The notes below the pieces were generated by a model. The model saw only the letters and a program-made list of their open reading frames with translations. It ran no database searches and was not told the DNA's origin. Source: Patescibacteria group bacterium (lineage in GTDB: Bacteria; Patescibacteriota; SICC01). Taken from it: 64,000 nucleotides of DNA. The stretch lies in contig JBBDXB010000006.1 of NCBI GenBank assembly GCA_040902515.1, positions 574,017-638,016 of the forward strand, given 5' to 3'. Below are positions 8,228 through 19,769 of the stretch, piece by piece. The position numbers and the translations under genes were made by a program. The stretch's first letter is position 1. Each line of letters begins with the position of its first letter.

Positions 8228-9499
8228 TCAGGAACCCCTGAGGTTGATCCGGACCAACCGTCCGCTCGCGCGATCGGTGACAATGATCGTATCCAGTCCG
8301 AGGATCGTCGGCTCACTGCCGATTCCGTCGGCCACCACCTGATCGTTGGTGCCGTCCCGGGCGATCACGTGAAGATCGCCGCCGCTGCGGTAGAGTAGAT
8401 GCGACCCGTCAGGGAGGGGATAAATCCGCTCCGGCGGATCGGTCAGGCGGGTAACCAGCCGATCCTTGCCGGATTCAAGGCTCAGCAGATGGAGTTCGCT
8501 CGTGGTGCGGTAGGCGAGATAATGCCCTTCATGGTCCGGTGCTGCTTGGACGAGCCCCTGTACGAGATTCCGATGGCGTTCGTCCCGGAGCAGACCGAAG
8601 GAGCCGTCACGGTCTTCAGCCACTACCGCATCCGGACCTATCGTCGTGAGGGCAGTCACTGTCCGGGTCTCCGGTATCCGCCGCCCCGTCCCGTCCGGCC
8701 GGATCCAAGTGACACCCAGTGCATCGAGGACATACAGCCCATTCTCCGCCGCGGCCCAGGCCCGCGGGGCCACGGCCACCGTCCTTGCGTCCGTGCCATC
8801 CGTATCCTGTACCCTGATCCGGTTGTTCCTGACGGTAAGTACGCGGCCGTCGACGAAGCGGCCGCTCGTCCCGGGCAGGTCTCCCACGCGCGACCCTTCG
8901 CGGTCGAATACGAAAGTGCGCTCGTTGCCGCTGAGCAGGATCCGGTTTCCGCTCCCGGTGACCGCCAGCGAGCGCGGTTCGGCCAGCGTGGCCGGCAGGG
9001 CCGTGATCGTACGGGACGTGCCGGCTTCCAGGTCGACGGACTCCAGCCGGTACCGTTCGTTATGTCGGGTGATCGCCACCGCGTGCCCGCCGCCGGCCGA
9101 GACCGCTACACGGCGGACGGTGCCTTCGGTAAGGAACGTCCGTTCCGGCGATTCCGGAAAGAGCGTGATGGATTCGATCACCGCTTCGCCGGGATCAATC
9201 CGGACCGTCTTCCGCCATGGCAGCCGATCGTCTTTCCGGACTTCCACATCGTACGTTCCCGGCCGGAGCGATATCCGTGCGTCCGTCCGTTTGCCGTGCG
9301 GCTCACCGTCGATCAGGATTTGCGCGGGATCCGGGTCCGACTGCAGGGCGAGCAATCCGCGCTCGTAGAGCGCGCCGGAATCAAAGTCGATGGCGTACCC
9401 CCGGGTGACCAGCAGTGCGACCGTCGCTCCCGTCAAGAACAAGACGAGCGTGAGTATGTAGACCGCGAATCGGGGCCGATAACGATGACGGGGAGACAT
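8228..9499 (-). CDS. Membrane-anchored hypothetical protein with PEGA-like domain and beta-propeller-like repeats
   Basis: N-terminal TM (FAVYILTLVLFLTGATVALLV); PEGA-like ILIDGEPHGKRTDARISLRPGTYDVEV; repeated G/D/R-rich beta-strand segments. Confidence 0.5.
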   Translation of the reverse strand: MSPRHRYRPRFAVYILTLVLFLTGATVALLVTRGYAIDFDSGALYERGLLALQSDPDPAQILIDGEPHGKRTDARISLRPGTYDVEVRKDDRLPWRKTVRIDPGEAVIESITLFPESPERTFLTEGTVRRVAVSAGGGHAVAITRHNERYRLESVDLEAGTSRTITALPATLAEPRSLAVTGSGNRILLSGNERTFVFDREGSRVGDLPGTSGRFVDGRVLTVRNNRIRVQDTDGTDARTVAVAPRAWAAAENGLYVLDALGVTWIRPDGTGRRIPETRTVTALTTIGPDAVVAEDRDGSFGLLRDERHRNLVQGLVQAAPDHEGHYLAYRTTSELHLLSLESGKDRLVTRLTDPPERIYPLPDGSHLLYRSGGDLHVIARDGTNDQVVADGIGSEPTILGLDTIIVTDRASGRLVRINLRGS

Positions 9500-9553
9500 G
9501 CCTTACAGGATAGCTTATCCGGAACCATTCTCGTGAGCGGAAGTGTGCGGTAG

Positions 9554-10975
<1,422 letters not shown>

Positions 10976-10977
10976 CC

Positions 10978-11418
10978 ATGGCCAGAACGACCGAACTCAG
11001 CGTAGTCACGGCGACGGGGACGGTCGCGGAGGGTCCCGTGCTGTCGGTGACCATTCCCACGACCGACGGGGAGATCACGGTGCTGCCGGAACACGCGCCG
11101 ATCGTGTCGGTGATCCGGCCGGGCGTGATCACAACCCGCACCGAGAAGGACGAGCAGCACCTGGCGGTGTCCGGAGGATTCCTTCGGGTTTCCGGCGAAT
11201 CGGTGACCATCCTTGCCGATACCGCGGAACGCGCCGACGATATCGATCGCCAACGTGCGGAACAGGCCCGGAAACGCGCCGAGCAGGCGATGGCCGGGAA
11301 GCTCGAACGGGAAGAAGTCGCCGAGACGCAAGGGGAGCTCCAGAAGCACCTGGCCCGGCTCAGGGCCGTGGAATTGGCCGGCGCCCGCCGCCGCTCGCGG
11401 ACAAAGGATGCCCCATGA
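10978..11418 (+). CDS. atpC: F0F1 ATP synthase subunit epsilon
   Basis: Immediately follows atpD; size and beta-sandwich plus C-terminal helical sequence typical of AtpC. Confidence 0.85.
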   Translation: MARTTELSVVTATGTVAEGPVLSVTIPTTDGEITVLPEHAPIVSVIRPGVITTRTEKDEQHLAVSGGFLRVSGESVTILADTAERADDIDRQRAEQARKRAEQAMAGKLEREEVAETQGELQKHLARLRAVELAGARRRSRTKDAP

Positions 11419-12671
11419 CCAAGTTCATCATCGATGGTCCGTGCACGCTGCGAGGTACCACCAAAGTGGAAGGCAGCAAGAACGCCGCCCTGAAAATCCT
11501 GGCGGGAACCTTGTTGGCACATGAGCCGGTCACCCTGACGAACGTCCCGAAGATACGCGACGTGTCCGTCATGCTCGATATCCTCCGGTGCTTCGGCATG
11601 AAGATCACGGGCGCCCCGCCGCGCCTGAAGCTGGATCCCTCGAAGCTTCGTCCGGCGCCGATCCCGGACCATCTGTCACGGAGCCTGCGTGCCTCCATCG
11701 TGGTACTCGGTCCGGCCTTGGCACGGTTCGGCCGCGTGCGGGTGGCACATCCCGGGGGAGACGTGATCGGTCGTCGTCCGCTGGACACCCACTTTCGGGC
11801 GATCAAGGCACTCGGAGGGTCGGTTGAACAGACGAACTCCCACTATCGGATTACTGCCAAGCGCTTGCGGGGCAAGGAGATTTTCCTGGAGGAAGCCTCC
11901 GTCACCGCGACCGAGAACCTGATCATGGCCGCGGCCACGGCGAGGGGCACCACCCGTATCCACAACGCCGCTTCGGAACTGCATACCGCGGACCTGGCGA
12001 AATTCCTCACCACTCTCGGGGCGGACATCGAAGGGGCCGGCACCAACCTCGTGACCGTCCGTGGCGTGGAGCGTCTCGGCGGAGGCGTCCATGAGGTGCG
12101 GCCGGACGAGATCGAAGCCGCTACCCTGATGATCGCCGCGGCGCTGACGGACGGTGACGTGACGTTGACCGGCGTGGATCCGGAACGTTTCGGCATGATC
12201 CTGATCAAGCTGCGGGAAGCGGGCATCCGCTTCACCACGCATGGCGATCGCATCAGGGTCCATGGCCGCCAGCGGATCCGGCCGACTAACGTCAAGACCA
12301 ACATCTGGCCCGGATTCCCGACCGACTTACAGCCGCCGTTCACCGTGCTGATGACCCAGGCCAAGGGGATGAGCGTGATCCACGACTGGATGTACGAGGG
12401 CCGGCTCTTCTATACGGACAAGCTGGTCTCGATGGGAGCGAATATCACCATGGCCGACCCGCACCGGATCATCGTGCTCGGACCGACGCCGCTCGCAGCC
12501 AAGGAACTCGAAAGTCCGGATATCCGGGCCGGTATCAGCTTGTTGGTGGCGGCGCTGATCGCGAACGGCAAGACGACCATCGACCATGCGGAGTGGATCG
12601 AACGCGGATACGAACGCATCCCGGAACGGCTACGACGCCTCGGGGCGAAGATCAGGCGCGTTGCCGAGTAA
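11415..12671 (+). CDS. murA: UDP-N-acetylglucosamine 1-carboxyvinyltransferase
   Basis: Full-length EPSP-synthase-fold similarity (KNAALKILAG, RPLD, ...); start overlaps atpC stop (ATGA). Confidence 0.9.
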   Translation: MTKFIIDGPCTLRGTTKVEGSKNAALKILAGTLLAHEPVTLTNVPKIRDVSVMLDILRCFGMKITGAPPRLKLDPSKLRPAPIPDHLSRSLRASIVVLGPALARFGRVRVAHPGGDVIGRRPLDTHFRAIKALGGSVEQTNSHYRITAKRLRGKEIFLEEASVTATENLIMAAATARGTTRIHNAASELHTADLAKFLTTLGADIEGAGTNLVTVRGVERLGGGVHEVRPDEIEAATLMIAAALTDGDVTLTGVDPERFGMILIKLREAGIRFTTHGDRIRVHGRQRIRPTNVKTNIWPGFPTDLQPPFTVLMTQAKGMSVIHDWMYEGRLFYTDKLVSMGANITMADPHRIIVLGPTPLAAKELESPDIRAGISLLVAALIANGKTTIDHAEWIERGYERIPERLRRLGAKIRRVAE

Positions 12672-12740
12672 CAGGCCGCGTAGTAGGATGAGCGGTGCGC
12701 TCGGTTTTGCGCAAAATTATAGGTTGAATGTACGAACACG

Positions 12741-13751
12741 TTGTTCAGTAAACGGATCGGTATTGATTTAGGCACTTCGAACGTCCTCGTCTACGTCGAG
12801 GATAAGGGCGTGGTTATCAACGAACCGTCGGTCGTGGCGGTCTCGACGGAAGATAACCGGGTGATGGCGGTCGGCCAGGAAGCCAAAGAGATGGTCGGCC
12901 GGACTCCTGAACAAATCGTTGCACATCGTCCGCTGGCGGACGGCGTGATCGCCGATTACCGCGTGACCGAAGCGATGCTCCGGTACTTCATCAACAAGGC
13001 GGTAGGGAGCGTCCGCTTCTTCCGCCCCGACGTGATGGTCTGCGTGCCGGCCGGCGTGACCTCGACCGAGCGGCGCGCCGTGATCGACGCGACCACGGCG
13101 GCGGGCGCGAAGAACGCCTACATCATCCGGGAGCCGCTGGCGGCGGCGATCGGCGCGGATATTCCGATCGGTTCCGCCTCCGGCAACATGGTGATCGACA
13201 TCGGCGGCGGAACGTCCGAGGTCGCGGTGATCTCGCTCGGCGGTATCGTGGCGGTGGAATCCGCCCGTGTCGGCGGCGACAAGTTCGACCGGTCGATCGC
13301 GGCGTACGTGCGTCGGCGGCACAACCTGGCGATCGGCGACGTCACGTCCGAGCAGATCAAGATCCAGATCGGTTCGGCCATGACGTTGCCCGAAGGCGAG
13401 GAGATGAGCATGGAGGTGCGCGGCCGGGACATGGTCGCGGAGATGCCGAAGACGATCACCCTCAAGACGAACGAGGTGGTGCACGCGATCCAAAGCCAGC
13501 TCACGGAAGTGATCCAGGCAGTGAAGGGCGTACTCCAGCAGACGCCGCCGGAGCTATCCGCGGACGTGATCGACCGGGGAATGGTGATGGCGGGCGGTGG
13601 CTCGCTCCTCCGGAACATCGACCGGGTGATCACCCAGGCGACGAGCGTGCCGTGCCATGTGGCGGAAGATCCGCTGTTCTGCGTGGTGCGGGGAACCGGC
13701 GTGGCCGTCGAGAACCTCGATTCGTACAAACGGGCCGTCGCGGTACGGTGA
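12741..13751 (+). CDS. mreB: Rod shape-determining actin-like protein MreB
   Basis: IGIDLGTSN phosphate-1 motif, DIGGGT phosphate-2, full-length MreB similarity. Confidence 0.9.
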   Translation: MFSKRIGIDLGTSNVLVYVEDKGVVINEPSVVAVSTEDNRVMAVGQEAKEMVGRTPEQIVAHRPLADGVIADYRVTEAMLRYFINKAVGSVRFFRPDVMVCVPAGVTSTERRAVIDATTAAGAKNAYIIREPLAAAIGADIPIGSASGNMVIDIGGGTSEVAVISLGGIVAVESARVGGDKFDRSIAAYVRRRHNLAIGDVTSEQIKIQIGSAMTLPEGEEMSMEVRGRDMVAEMPKTITLKTNEVVHAIQSQLTEVIQAVKGVLQQTPPELSADVIDRGMVMAGGGSLLRNIDRVITQATSVPCHVAEDPLFCVVRGTGVAVENLDSYKRAVAVR

Positions 13752-13761
13752 CGTGGCCGAG

Positions 13762-14181
13762 ATGCCGGAACACCGCCCCGAACAGCGACCCGGGGTGGGC
13801 GTGGGCGTGTTCGTCATTCGCGACGGGAAAGTGCTGTTCGGTAAACGAAAGTCCGCGCATGGCGAGGGCACGTGGGCGCCGCCGGGCGGCAAGTTGGACA
13901 TGGGCGAGACCGTCGTTGATTGCGCGGCCCGGGAACTGAAGGAGGAGACCGGACTGACCGTTGTCCGAGCGGAAAGACTGCCGGTCTATACGGAAGACTT
14001 CTTCGAGGAACTGCATTTCATCACAACATACGTGCTGGCAGAAACCTCCGGCGAACCGAGCGTCATGGAGTCGGAAAAGTGCGAAGCATGGGGATGGTTT
14101 CCCTGGGATCGCAAGCCCGAGCCGCTCTTTTTGACTATCCGGAACCTGGACCGGCAAGGCTATCGTCCACCCGGCGCGTGA
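13762..14181 (+). CDS. NUDIX hydrolase
   Basis: Nudix box GGKLDMGETVVDCAARELKEETGL; start chosen at the ATG 11 nt after the mreB stop (the track's longer ORF overlaps mreB). Confidence 0.75.
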   Translation: MPEHRPEQRPGVGVGVFVIRDGKVLFGKRKSAHGEGTWAPPGGKLDMGETVVDCAARELKEETGLTVVRAERLPVYTEDFFEELHFITTYVLAETSGEPSVMESEKCEAWGWFPWDRKPEPLFLTIRNLDRQGYRPPGA

Positions 14182-14231
14182 CGCGTCACGCGGGATGCCC
14201 GTCCCACCCTCGGTTGCGGTAACCTGAAGCC

Positions 14232-15332
14232 ATGCTGATCGGCATCGATGCATCGCGCGCCAACATCCCGGAGCGTACCGGGGTGGAGTGGTACGGCTAT
14301 CATTTGATCAAGGCATTCGCCAAGCTCGACCGGAAGAACGAATATAGGCTCTACGTCCGCGAGCCGCTCAGGAAGGACCTGCGGGATCTCCCGGACAACT
14401 TCGTGCCGGTCGTCGTGCCGGGGCAGCGCCTGTGGACCTACTGGGCGCTGAGCCGCGAGCTACGCCGGAACCCCGTCGACACGTTGTTCGTACCGTCGCA
14501 CACCGTACCGCTGGTCCATCCACGCCGGACGGTCGTCACCGTCCACGACGTCGGCTTCCGGAAGTTCAAACGGAACTACCGGCGCGCGCATTACCTGAGC
14601 CTGGCGCTCGGCACCAAGTGGTCCGTACGGCGGGCGAGTACCGTGGTGGTACCGAGCCGTACGGTGGCGCGGGAACTCGGCACGGCCTACGACCTTCCCG
14701 CCTCGAAAGTGGCCGTGGTCCCGAACGGCTTCGACCCGGACGCGTTCTCGGGAATCACCGCTTCACGGGTCGCGGAGGTGATGAAACATCATCGCATCAA
14801 GGATCCGTACCTGCTCTTCACCGGCCGGCTCGAGCTCCGGAAGAACGTATCGCGGATCATCGAGGCGTTTTATCGGCTCCGCGACTCCGGTCTTTTCGGC
14901 GGACAGCTGGTCCTGGTAGGCAATCCCGGATTGGGATACGAGGAGATCCGCCGCCTGATCATCAAGCGGCCCGTCCCCGATTACGTGGTACACACCGGCT
15001 ACCTTCCCGACGACGAACGGGCGGCGTTACTGAAAGGGGCACGGGGTCTCGTATTCCCCTCGTTGCACGAGGGGTTCGGCATCCCGATCCTCGAGGCGTT
15101 CGCCGCCGGAACGCCCGTGATCACCGCCGACCGTGGCGCGACCAAGGAGGTAGCCGGTACCGCCGCGCTACTGGTCGATCCGGAGAGCGTGGAATCGATC
15201 CACCATGGCATGGAACAGATCCTGGCCGATACCGGTCCGGCGCCGCGGCTGGTCGCGGCCGGTACGCAGCGGGTCCGGCAGTTCGGTTGGGACAAGACGG
15301 CCCTGCAGATCCTGGAGATCCTGACGAAATGA
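14232..15332 (+). CDS. Glycosyltransferase family 1 (GT4-type, RfaG-like)
   Basis: C-terminal GT1 signature region (EGFGIPILEAFAAGTPVI), overall GT-B fold sequence. Confidence 0.75.
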   Translation: MLIGIDASRANIPERTGVEWYGYHLIKAFAKLDRKNEYRLYVREPLRKDLRDLPDNFVPVVVPGQRLWTYWALSRELRRNPVDTLFVPSHTVPLVHPRRTVVTVHDVGFRKFKRNYRRAHYLSLALGTKWSVRRASTVVVPSRTVARELGTAYDLPASKVAVVPNGFDPDAFSGITASRVAEVMKHHRIKDPYLLFTGRLELRKNVSRIIEAFYRLRDSGLFGGQLVLVGNPGLGYEEIRRLIIKRPVPDYVVHTGYLPDDERAALLKGARGLVFPSLHEGFGIPILEAFAAGTPVITADRGATKEVAGTAALLVDPESVESIHHGMEQILADTGPAPRLVAAGTQRVRQFGWDKTALQILEILTK

Positions 15333-16201
15333 GTCCCGAAGCACGACAGCCCGTGGAGGTCCTCGGCGTCCGGCTGGACGCGCTGACCGCGCCGGAGGCG
15401 GTGGCACGGATCCGGTGCGGCATCCAGGAAGGGAAGCGCTCGCACGTCGTGACGGTGAATCCGGAGATGATCATGCGGGCGCGTCATGATTCCGCTTATC
15501 GGAAGATCCTGAACGGGGCGGATCTCTGCCTGGCCGACGGCATGGGAACGATCTGGGCGGCGCACTACCTGGGCCGTCCGCATCGCCGCGGGCCGCTGCT
15601 GGCGCTGCGGGCGTATGGATTCGCACTGTGGTGGCTCCTGATGCTGGCGATCTGGCCGGCACGCCTGATGCGTCGGCTGCCCGGGACCGTGCCGGGGTCC
15701 GATCTGGTGCGCGATCTCACGGGCATGTGCGAGGAGTTCGGGTATCGGCCGTTCCTGCTAGGGGCGGCTTCCGGCGTAGCGGTCTCGGCGGCCGAGGAAT
15801 TGCAGGGGGAATTTCCCGAAGTGCGGATCGCGGGAGCGACGGCCGGCTCACCCCGGGCTGTCGACGATGCGTCCGTGCGCAGGGAGGTCGCGGCGGCGGA
15901 GGCGGAAGTGCTCTTCGTTGCCTACGGCGTGCCGAAGCAGGAGCAGTGGATCGCCCGGAACCTTCCGAAGCTCCCGCGGCCGATCGTCGCGGTCGGGGTC
16001 GGTGGCAGCTTCGATTACCTGGCGAAAGCGGCGTCCGTGGAAGGTGGATCCGTGGCTAAACCGCCGCCGGGCATCGTCCGCCGCCGCGGCTTCGAATGGC
16101 TCTGGCGGCTGATCACCCAGCCCTCGCGCCGGCGCCGGGTGGTGACCGCATTCCCGCTCTTCGTACGTGCCGTCGTCCGTGACGCCCGCCTTGACAAATA
16201 G
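15329..16201 (+). CDS. WecB/TagA/CpsF family glycosyltransferase
   Basis: MSPEARQPVEVLGVRLDALT...VVTVNPEMIM...LCLADGMG typical of the TagA/WecG family; start overlaps upstream stop (ATGA). The track's long ORF 14432-16201 is an upstream in-frame extension, rejected. Confidence 0.7.
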   Translation: MSPEARQPVEVLGVRLDALTAPEAVARIRCGIQEGKRSHVVTVNPEMIMRARHDSAYRKILNGADLCLADGMGTIWAAHYLGRPHRRGPLLALRAYGFALWWLLMLAIWPARLMRRLPGTVPGSDLVRDLTGMCEEFGYRPFLLGAASGVAVSAAEELQGEFPEVRIAGATAGSPRAVDDASVRREVAAAEAEVLFVAYGVPKQEQWIARNLPKLPRPIVAVGVGGSFDYLAKAASVEGGSVAKPPPGIVRRRGFEWLWRLITQPSRRRRVVTAFPLFVRAVVRDARLDK

Positions 16202-16234
16202 CTTGGTTAAGGCTATATTTGGACATTCTACGGA

Positions 16235-17017
16235 ATGCCTATGAGTGAACGAGAATCGGACCAGCGTCCCGAAGCGGCTGAGTTCAGGGTGGAATCCGAC
16301 CTGGATCCGTGGCGGATCGAGGAAATGGTCGATGCGTTCCTCGAGGATCCCGATGCGCTGAACCGGACGTGGGACAAGCTCGCCCGGGACGAGCGGGAGG
16401 GCAGGCCGGATCCCGTCGAGCGGGCGTACGTTTCCGCGGCCACCAGGACCATCGTCGAGATGGCGAAGGAATCGGAACGTGACCACCTGACCGGCCTGCG
16501 AAACCGCCGGGCATTGGAAGGTACCGTCGACACCAGGGGGGATTTCGAGAAGGAGGTCGCCACCGCGAAACGCGAAGGGTACCCCCTTTCGTTCGTCGTC
16601 CTCGACCTCAAGGGGTTCGGGGAGATCAACGAGGAAAAGGACCATGCCATCGGCGACCAGACGCTCAGGGAAGTCGGGGATGCCATGAAGGCCATCGGCT
16701 ACCTGGTGCGTAGCCGCTTGCGGTCCGGTGACATCGGTTACCGCTTCGGCGGAGATGAATTCGGCATCATGCTCCCCCGGATCGGCTCGAAGGAGCAGGC
16801 CGAGACCATCGTCACGCGTTTGGGCAAACATTTCCCGACCAACCCGGTCACCGGTGCGCGGGTGGAGATGAACGAACCGCTGTCGGTCGTGACCTACCAG
16901 CCGACCGACCGGGAAGGCGATGATGCCGACGTGGCGAAGGAGCTTCTTGTGGAGGTTTGGCAAAACCTCCACAAAGACAAGGCTTCTGGGGACTCGGATC
17001 CGGCAGAAGCCGGATGA
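16235..17017 (+). CDS. GGDEF-domain diguanylate cyclase (short N-terminal region)
   Basis: DHLTGLRNRRAL, FVVLDLKGFGEIN, intact RFGGDEFGIMLP (GGDEF) motif. Confidence 0.8.
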   Translation: MPMSERESDQRPEAAEFRVESDLDPWRIEEMVDAFLEDPDALNRTWDKLARDEREGRPDPVERAYVSAATRTIVEMAKESERDHLTGLRNRRALEGTVDTRGDFEKEVATAKREGYPLSFVVLDLKGFGEINEEKDHAIGDQTLREVGDAMKAIGYLVRSRLRSGDIGYRFGGDEFGIMLPRIGSKEQAETIVTRLGKHFPTNPVTGARVEMNEPLSVVTYQPTDREGDDADVAKELLVEVWQNLHKDKASGDSDPAEAG

Positions 17018-17053
17018 CCGGGCAATGACGCTCTCCTGAGCTACACTGGAGCC

Positions 17054-18499
17054 ATGCCTGAGCAACGCGTGGTCACCCGGTTCGCACCGTCACCGACGGG
17101 GTATTTGCACGTCGGTGGTGCCCGGACGGCACTCTATGCCTGGCTCTGGTCCCGCAAGCACGGTGGTGAATTCCACCTGCGGATCGAAGATACGGACCGC
17201 CAGCGGTTCATGGCGGACGCGGAGGAGCAGATCAAGGACAGCCTGCAATGGCTCGGTCTTGATTGGGATGGTCCCATACTCCGGCAGTCGGAACGGCTCG
17301 AGAAGTACCGGCTCTACGCGGAGCAACTGATCAAGGACGGCCATGCGTACGTGTCGGACGAATCACCGGAGGAGACGAAGGCACTCAAGGAGCAATGGCG
17401 GAATACCGCTGCGAAGAACGGCCAACCGCTCCGGTATCGCGGTCGCGATCGGGATCTCTCGTATGAACCCGGTCGGCACGTCCATTTCCGTTGGCCGGAT
17501 GAACCGAAGCGGATGGTAATCACGTACTTCGAGCACCCCCGAAAACCCTGGAAGGTCTCCGTCGACCCGAAAGCCGCCCCGTCAGCGTTCGAGGACTTCG
17601 TCCTGGTCAAGTCCGACGGCTACCCGACCTACAACTTCGCGCACATCATCGACGACAAGGAGACCGGCGTGACCGCGGTCATCCGCGGCGACGAGTTCAC
17701 CTCGAGTCTCAACAAGTACTATGCGCTCTACGACGCGTTGGGATGGGGCAGGGAGCGGCCGGCGTTCTACCACGTCCCGACGATCCTCGGGCCGGACAAG
17801 GCCAAGCTCTCCAAGCGTCACGGCGCCGCGGACGTGCGTGATTACCGGGCCGCGGGATATCTGCCCGAGGCGCTCGCCAACTTCGTGGCGTTGATCGGGT
17901 GGAACCCCGGCGGTGACCGGGAGGTATTTCTCGACCTGAAAGAGCTCATGGAGGTGTTCGACCTTTCCGGCGTCCAACGCTCTCCCGGCGTCTTTGACGA
18001 AGAAAAGCTCCGTTGGCTGAACGGCGAACACATCAAGGCGCTCGGCGTCGAAGCGCTGTTCCGGCGGGCGGTTGCCGCTGGCTTCTGGACGGTCGGCGAC
18101 GCGGCCTATGACGAGCGGGTGCTCGGGATGTCCGCCGAGCGCATCCGCACCCTGGCCGAACTGAAAGGGATCAGGGAAGGCTACTTCTACCATCGTCCGA
18201 AGGTCACGCGGAAGCGCCTGGTGGGTAGCGAGAACCCCCAGACCGTTGGCGTCTGGCTGGAGCGGGTGCTGCGCGACCTTTCCGGTCTGCCGGACGTGGA
18301 TTGGAACGCGCAGCGGATCGAGAACGTCCTTAACGACCTACGCAATGAGCTCGACCTGGAGCCGAAGCAGCTGTACCCCGTACTCCGCATCGCGGCTACC
18401 GACGCCGACCGCACCCCGCCTCTGTGGGACCTGTTCGAGACCCTTGGCAAGGAAGAGACGGTCGCACGGCTCGACGCGGCGCAAAGCCTCGTCGCGTAG
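17054..18499 (+). CDS. gltX: Glutamate--tRNA ligase
   Basis: HIGH-type motif (PTGYLHVGGARTALY), KLSKRHGA (KMSKS), full-length class I GluRS similarity. Confidence 0.9.
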   Translation: MPEQRVVTRFAPSPTGYLHVGGARTALYAWLWSRKHGGEFHLRIEDTDRQRFMADAEEQIKDSLQWLGLDWDGPILRQSERLEKYRLYAEQLIKDGHAYVSDESPEETKALKEQWRNTAAKNGQPLRYRGRDRDLSYEPGRHVHFRWPDEPKRMVITYFEHPRKPWKVSVDPKAAPSAFEDFVLVKSDGYPTYNFAHIIDDKETGVTAVIRGDEFTSSLNKYYALYDALGWGRERPAFYHVPTILGPDKAKLSKRHGAADVRDYRAAGYLPEALANFVALIGWNPGGDREVFLDLKELMEVFDLSGVQRSPGVFDEEKLRWLNGEHIKALGVEALFRRAVAAGFWTVGDAAYDERVLGMSAERIRTLAELKGIREGYFYHRPKVTRKRLVGSENPQTVGVWLERVLRDLSGLPDVDWNAQRIENVLNDLRNELDLEPKQLYPVLRIAATDADRTPPLWDLFETLGKEETVARLDAAQSLVA

Positions 18500-18519
18500 G
18501 CGGCCCGTTGGTATCATAG

Positions 18520-19236
18520 GTGCAGCGGAAGCCGCTTCAAAATGCGAAAACAACCATGACATTCACCATCAAGCAGCGTGAGTTCGAAGGTCCGCTCGAT
18601 CTGCTTCTCCAGCTGATCGAGGAGCGCGAGCTCGACATCACTGCCGTGGCGTTGGCCGAAGTGACCGACCAGTACCTCGGCCAAGTCCGGACGCTCTCCC
18701 GCGAGAACCTTTCGGAGATCTCCGACTACCTGGTGATCGCCGCCCGGCTTGTCGTGTTGAAGTCCCGTGCCTTGCTGCCGGTCGAAGATGAGGAAGTCCC
18801 GGAAGCGGACGACCTTGCCCAGCGACTCGCTGAATATAAGGTATACAAGGAACTGGCAGGGGCATTGGGGACGCGCGTGGAGGAAGCGGGACGGAGCATC
18901 GGCCGGCCGCCGCTATCGATCGAGCCGCCCCGGAAACTGGTGACCGACGGCGTGGACCTGACCGGCTTGCACCGGGCGTTTCGGTCGGTCCTGGCCGAAC
19001 TCCCGAAGCCGGAACGGCTGTCGGAGGAGACGCTGGAAGAGCAGGTCACGATCGACGAGTGCATCGGCGAGATCCGTCGCCGGCTGCTGGAAGGGCCGGT
19101 CGGATTCCGCTCGTTCTTCAAGGATGTCACCGGACGGGTGCGGATGATCGTCACGTTCCTGGCGATACTTGAGTTGATCAAGCAAGAGGCCCTGACCGTG
19201 CGGGACGACAAGGGGGTTACGCTGTGTCCGGCCTGA
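18520..19236 (+). CDS. scpA: Segregation and condensation protein A (alternative start at ATG 18556)
   Basis: N-terminal FEGPLDLLLQLIEERELDITAVALAEVTDQYL typical of ScpA; followed by an overlapping scpB. Confidence 0.8.
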   Translation: MQRKPLQNAKTTMTFTIKQREFEGPLDLLLQLIEERELDITAVALAEVTDQYLGQVRTLSRENLSEISDYLVIAARLVVLKSRALLPVEDEEVPEADDLAQRLAEYKVYKELAGALGTRVEEAGRSIGRPPLSIEPPRKLVTDGVDLTGLHRAFRSVLAELPKPERLSEETLEEQVTIDECIGEIRRRLLEGPVGFRSFFKDVTGRVRMIVTFLAILELIKQEALTVRDDKGVTLCPA

Positions 19237-19769
19237 ACCCCGAACAGACGGTCGAGAGCATCCTCTTCGCGGCCGGGGAGCCGGTGCGGTTCTCCGACCT
19301 GACCGCTGTCACCGGTATGGCACGGAAGGAGCTCAAGGAAGCACTGACGACGCTCCAGGGCCGGTACGCCGACCGTGGTATCCGGATCGTCATCGGCGAG
19401 CAGGAGGCGCAGTTCGTGACCGCGCCCGAAACCGTCGATGTCGTCGGTGCGTTCCTCAAGCAGGAGCTTCGCGGGCGCTTGTCGAAGGGGGCGCTGGAGA
19501 CACTGGCGATCGTCGCATACCGGGGTCCGGTCACCCGTCCGGAGGTGGAATCGATCCGCGGCGTACAATCGGCCGCACCGGTCCGAACTCTCGCGATCCG
19601 CGGACTGATCGCGGAAGTCGGCCGCAAGCAGGAACCCGGCCGGCCGATCCTCTACGACACCACGATCGAACTACTGAAACATCTCGGCCTCGGTTCCAAG
19701 GAGGAATTGCCGTCAGTACCGGAAGAGCTTAAGGCACGGTTGAGGGAAGTCAGCACGTCGGCGGCCTGA
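19224..19769 (+). CDS. scpB: Segregation and condensation protein B
   Basis: EQTVESILFAAGEPVRFSDL...GRYADRGIRIV...IVAYRGPVTRPEVESIRGV winged-helix ScpB signature. Confidence 0.85.
   Translation: MSGLNPEQTVESILFAAGEPVRFSDLTAVTGMARKELKEALTTLQGRYADRGIRIVIGEQEAQFVTAPETVDVVGAFLKQELRGRLSKGALETLAIVAYRGPVTRPEVESIRGVQSAAPVRTLAIRGLIAEVGRKQEPGRPILYDTTIELLKHLGLGSKEELPSVPEELKARLREVSTSAA

Noticed and set aside
14432-16201. 589-aa ORF as a single gene
   Set aside because: The N-terminal 300 aa overlap the GT1 gene in another frame and are Arg/Pro-rich. The real product is the WecB/TagA-family protein starting at ATG 15329, which overlaps the GT1 stop.
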